Assembly: GCA_039683155.1 (NCBI GenBank)
Contig: JBDKRY010000154.1
Span: forward strand, 1-38,334
Origin: Proteiniphilum sp.
GTDB taxonomy: Bacteria > Bacteroidota > Bacteroidia > Bacteroidales > Dysgonomonadaceae
Direction: 5' to 3'
Length of the DNA: 38,334 bases
Shown here: piece by piece, positions 36,938 through 38,334 of the stretch
Position numbering within the stretch: position 1 is the first letter of the stretch
Layout of the letters: each line of letters opens with the position of its first letter
Program-made: the position numbers and the translations under genes
Notes under the pieces: model-generated
What the model saw: the letters and a program-made list of their open reading frames with translations, nothing else
Database searches by the model: none
What the model was told of the DNA's origin: nothing

Positions 36938-37780
36938 ATGAATCTTTCGGAGGAAATAAATAATTTATTCTCCATGCAACAGGAGGAATGGCCACAATTG
37001 AGAAAAGCAATCGGCCAACGGGATAAGATCAGGGAGAAAGCGTTTTCCTGGGGAGATGACTTCCATGTGACAGTACAGTACAATCCGGCAAGGATGGTAT
37101 CTACAGGGGCTATCATCGATCAAAGAGCATTGGAGGAGCGTCCCTGTTTTCTGTGTGCTGAAAACAGACCTCCCCAACAAAAAGGCATTCCCTTTCTGGA
37201 AAAGTACCTCATCCTTTGCAATCCTTACCCCATTGTGGACAACCATCTCACCATCCCGCTCCATTCGCATGTACCGCAGCGCATCCGCAGGAAGGTGGGC
37301 GATATGCTTTCGCTGGCAGAGCTTTTGCCCGACTATGTGATTTTTTACAACGGCCCCGGCAGCGGTGCCTCGGCCCCCGATCATTTTCACCTGCAGGCGG
37401 GACTCAAATTGCCTTTGCTGCTCCAGGGGGATCACGAACTGCGCTCCTGTCTTACGATTGAAAGTGCACACAAAAGAGAAGCTGAGAATCTGTTTGAAGA
37501 TGTCTATCAATATCTTCATCAGCGCCAGCCGGAAGAGGATGAGCCGATGATGAACGTGATTGCTTTCACGGAAGAAAATCGTTACAAACTGCATCTGTTT
37601 CCGCGCAGGGCCCATCGCCCCAGGCAATACTATGAAGAAGGAAACAAACAGCTGCTGATAAGTCCGGGTGCACTGGATATGGCAGGGCTCATCATCAGCG
37701 TGCGGGAGGAGGATTTCAACAAAATAACATCACAGGATATCGAAGACATTTATGCACAGGTATCGTTGCCGGTAATATAG
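36938..37780 (+). CDS. DUF4922 protein (HIT-like, GDP-glucose/Ap4A phosphorylase-related)
   Basis: QYNPARMVST, RPCFLC, NPYPI..HLTI, FYNGP..GASAPDHFHLQ, SPGALDMAG. Confidence 0.82.
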   Translation: MNLSEEINNLFSMQQEEWPQLRKAIGQRDKIREKAFSWGDDFHVTVQYNPARMVSTGAIIDQRALEERPCFLCAENRPPQQKGIPFLEKYLILCNPYPIVDNHLTIPLHSHVPQRIRRKVGDMLSLAELLPDYVIFYNGPGSGASAPDHFHLQAGLKLPLLLQGDHELRSCLTIESAHKREAENLFEDVYQYLHQRQPEEDEPMMNVIAFTEENRYKLHLFPRRAHRPRQYYEEGNKQLLISPGALDMAGLIISVREEDFNKITSQDIEDIYAQVSLPVI

Positions 37781-37790
37781 GAGTCAGGTA

Positions 37791-37818
37791 CTGACTACTG
37801 ACCACTGACCACTGACAT
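37791..37818 (+). repeat. 4 x CTGACNN heptamer run abutting the serB ATG
   Basis: ctgacta ctgacca ctgacca ctgacat ATG. Confidence 0.8.
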
Positions 37819-38334
37819 ATGGAGAATTCAGAAATTATTTTACTCAACATTAACGGAGAGGATAAAGCCGGCCTGACAGCTGCGCTGACTGAAATACTGG
37901 CAAAACATGGCGCATTCATCCTCGACATCGGACAATCGGATATTCACAGGAACTTATCGTTGGGTATTATGTTCAAATCGATGCACGACAACTCCGGTGA
38001 GATTATGAAAGATCTGCTGTTCAAAGCGTATGAGATGGATGTAAACGTCCGTTTTACGCCTATATCCGTCGATCGCTACTCAAATTGGGTAAGCATGCAG
38101 GGTAAGAACAGATACATCATCACGTTGTTGGGAAGAATACTCACTGCCAGGCAGATCGCAGCCGTATCGAAGATCATTGCCGATCAGAAACTCAATATCG
38201 ACAATATCGTGCGGCTCACGGGACGCATTCCGCTGGATGAAAAGCAACGGGCCGCTAAATCGTGTGTGGAGCTGTCGGTAAGAGGTACGCCCAACGACCG
38301 GCAACAGATGCAGGAGTCTTTCCTGGAGCTCTCC
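37819..38334 (+). CDS. serB: Phosphoserine phosphatase SerB (N-terminal ACT domains), 3'-partial
   Basis: Manual translation MENSEIILLNINGEDKAGLTAALTEILAKHGAFILDIGQSDIHRNLSLG...QGKNRYIITLLGR...LNIDNIVRLTGR. Runs off the window end. Confidence 0.9.
   Translation, partial: MENSEIILLNINGEDKAGLTAALTEILAKHGAFILDIGQSDIHRNLSLGIMFKSMHDNSGEIMKDLLFKAYEMDVNVRFTPISVDRYSNWVSMQGKNRYIITLLGRILTARQIAAVSKIIADQKLNIDNIVRLTGRIPLDEKQRAAKSCVELSVRGTPNDRQQMQESFLELS

Overview
Chromosomal window from a Bacteroidales bacterium. The TAnnTTTG -7 promoters, gldH-ricT-holB-metF-rseP-dxr synteny and dpp5 support this; a Dysgonomonadaceae/Proteiniphilum-Petrimonas-like identity is my inference. Most of the window is housekeeping: dpp5, a lolD-like ATPase, pdxH, tsaB, RRM and cold-shock RNA-binding proteins, PIN-PhoH, hisS, two DEAD-box helicases, ABC-F, a PlsC-like acyltransferase, dinB, a four-subunit 2-oxoacid:ferredoxin oxidoreductase operon, rimM, a glucosaminidase-LysM protein, cdd and serB. 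Two AT-rich accessory patches sit at tRNA 3' ends. The first (1-3460, beside tRNA-Asp) carries an AAA_14/DUF4143 ATPase, an intact AbiEi-type antitoxin preceded by a duplicated 53-bp four-box operator, and an AbiEii-type toxin deletion-fused to a headless PP2C phosphatase. The second (about 18600-19955, beside tRNA-Ser) carries collapsed remnants of another AAA_14/DUF4143 ATPase and an MNT-HEPN pair. The most unusual non-coding signals are a family of strand-polarised 7-/8-mer tandem arrays filling intergenic gaps up to start codons, a ~150-bp REP/MITE-like palindrome between phoH and hisS, and the absence of murA from its usual DUF4290-murA-rimM slot. All family assignments come from motif recognition by eye; no searches were run.
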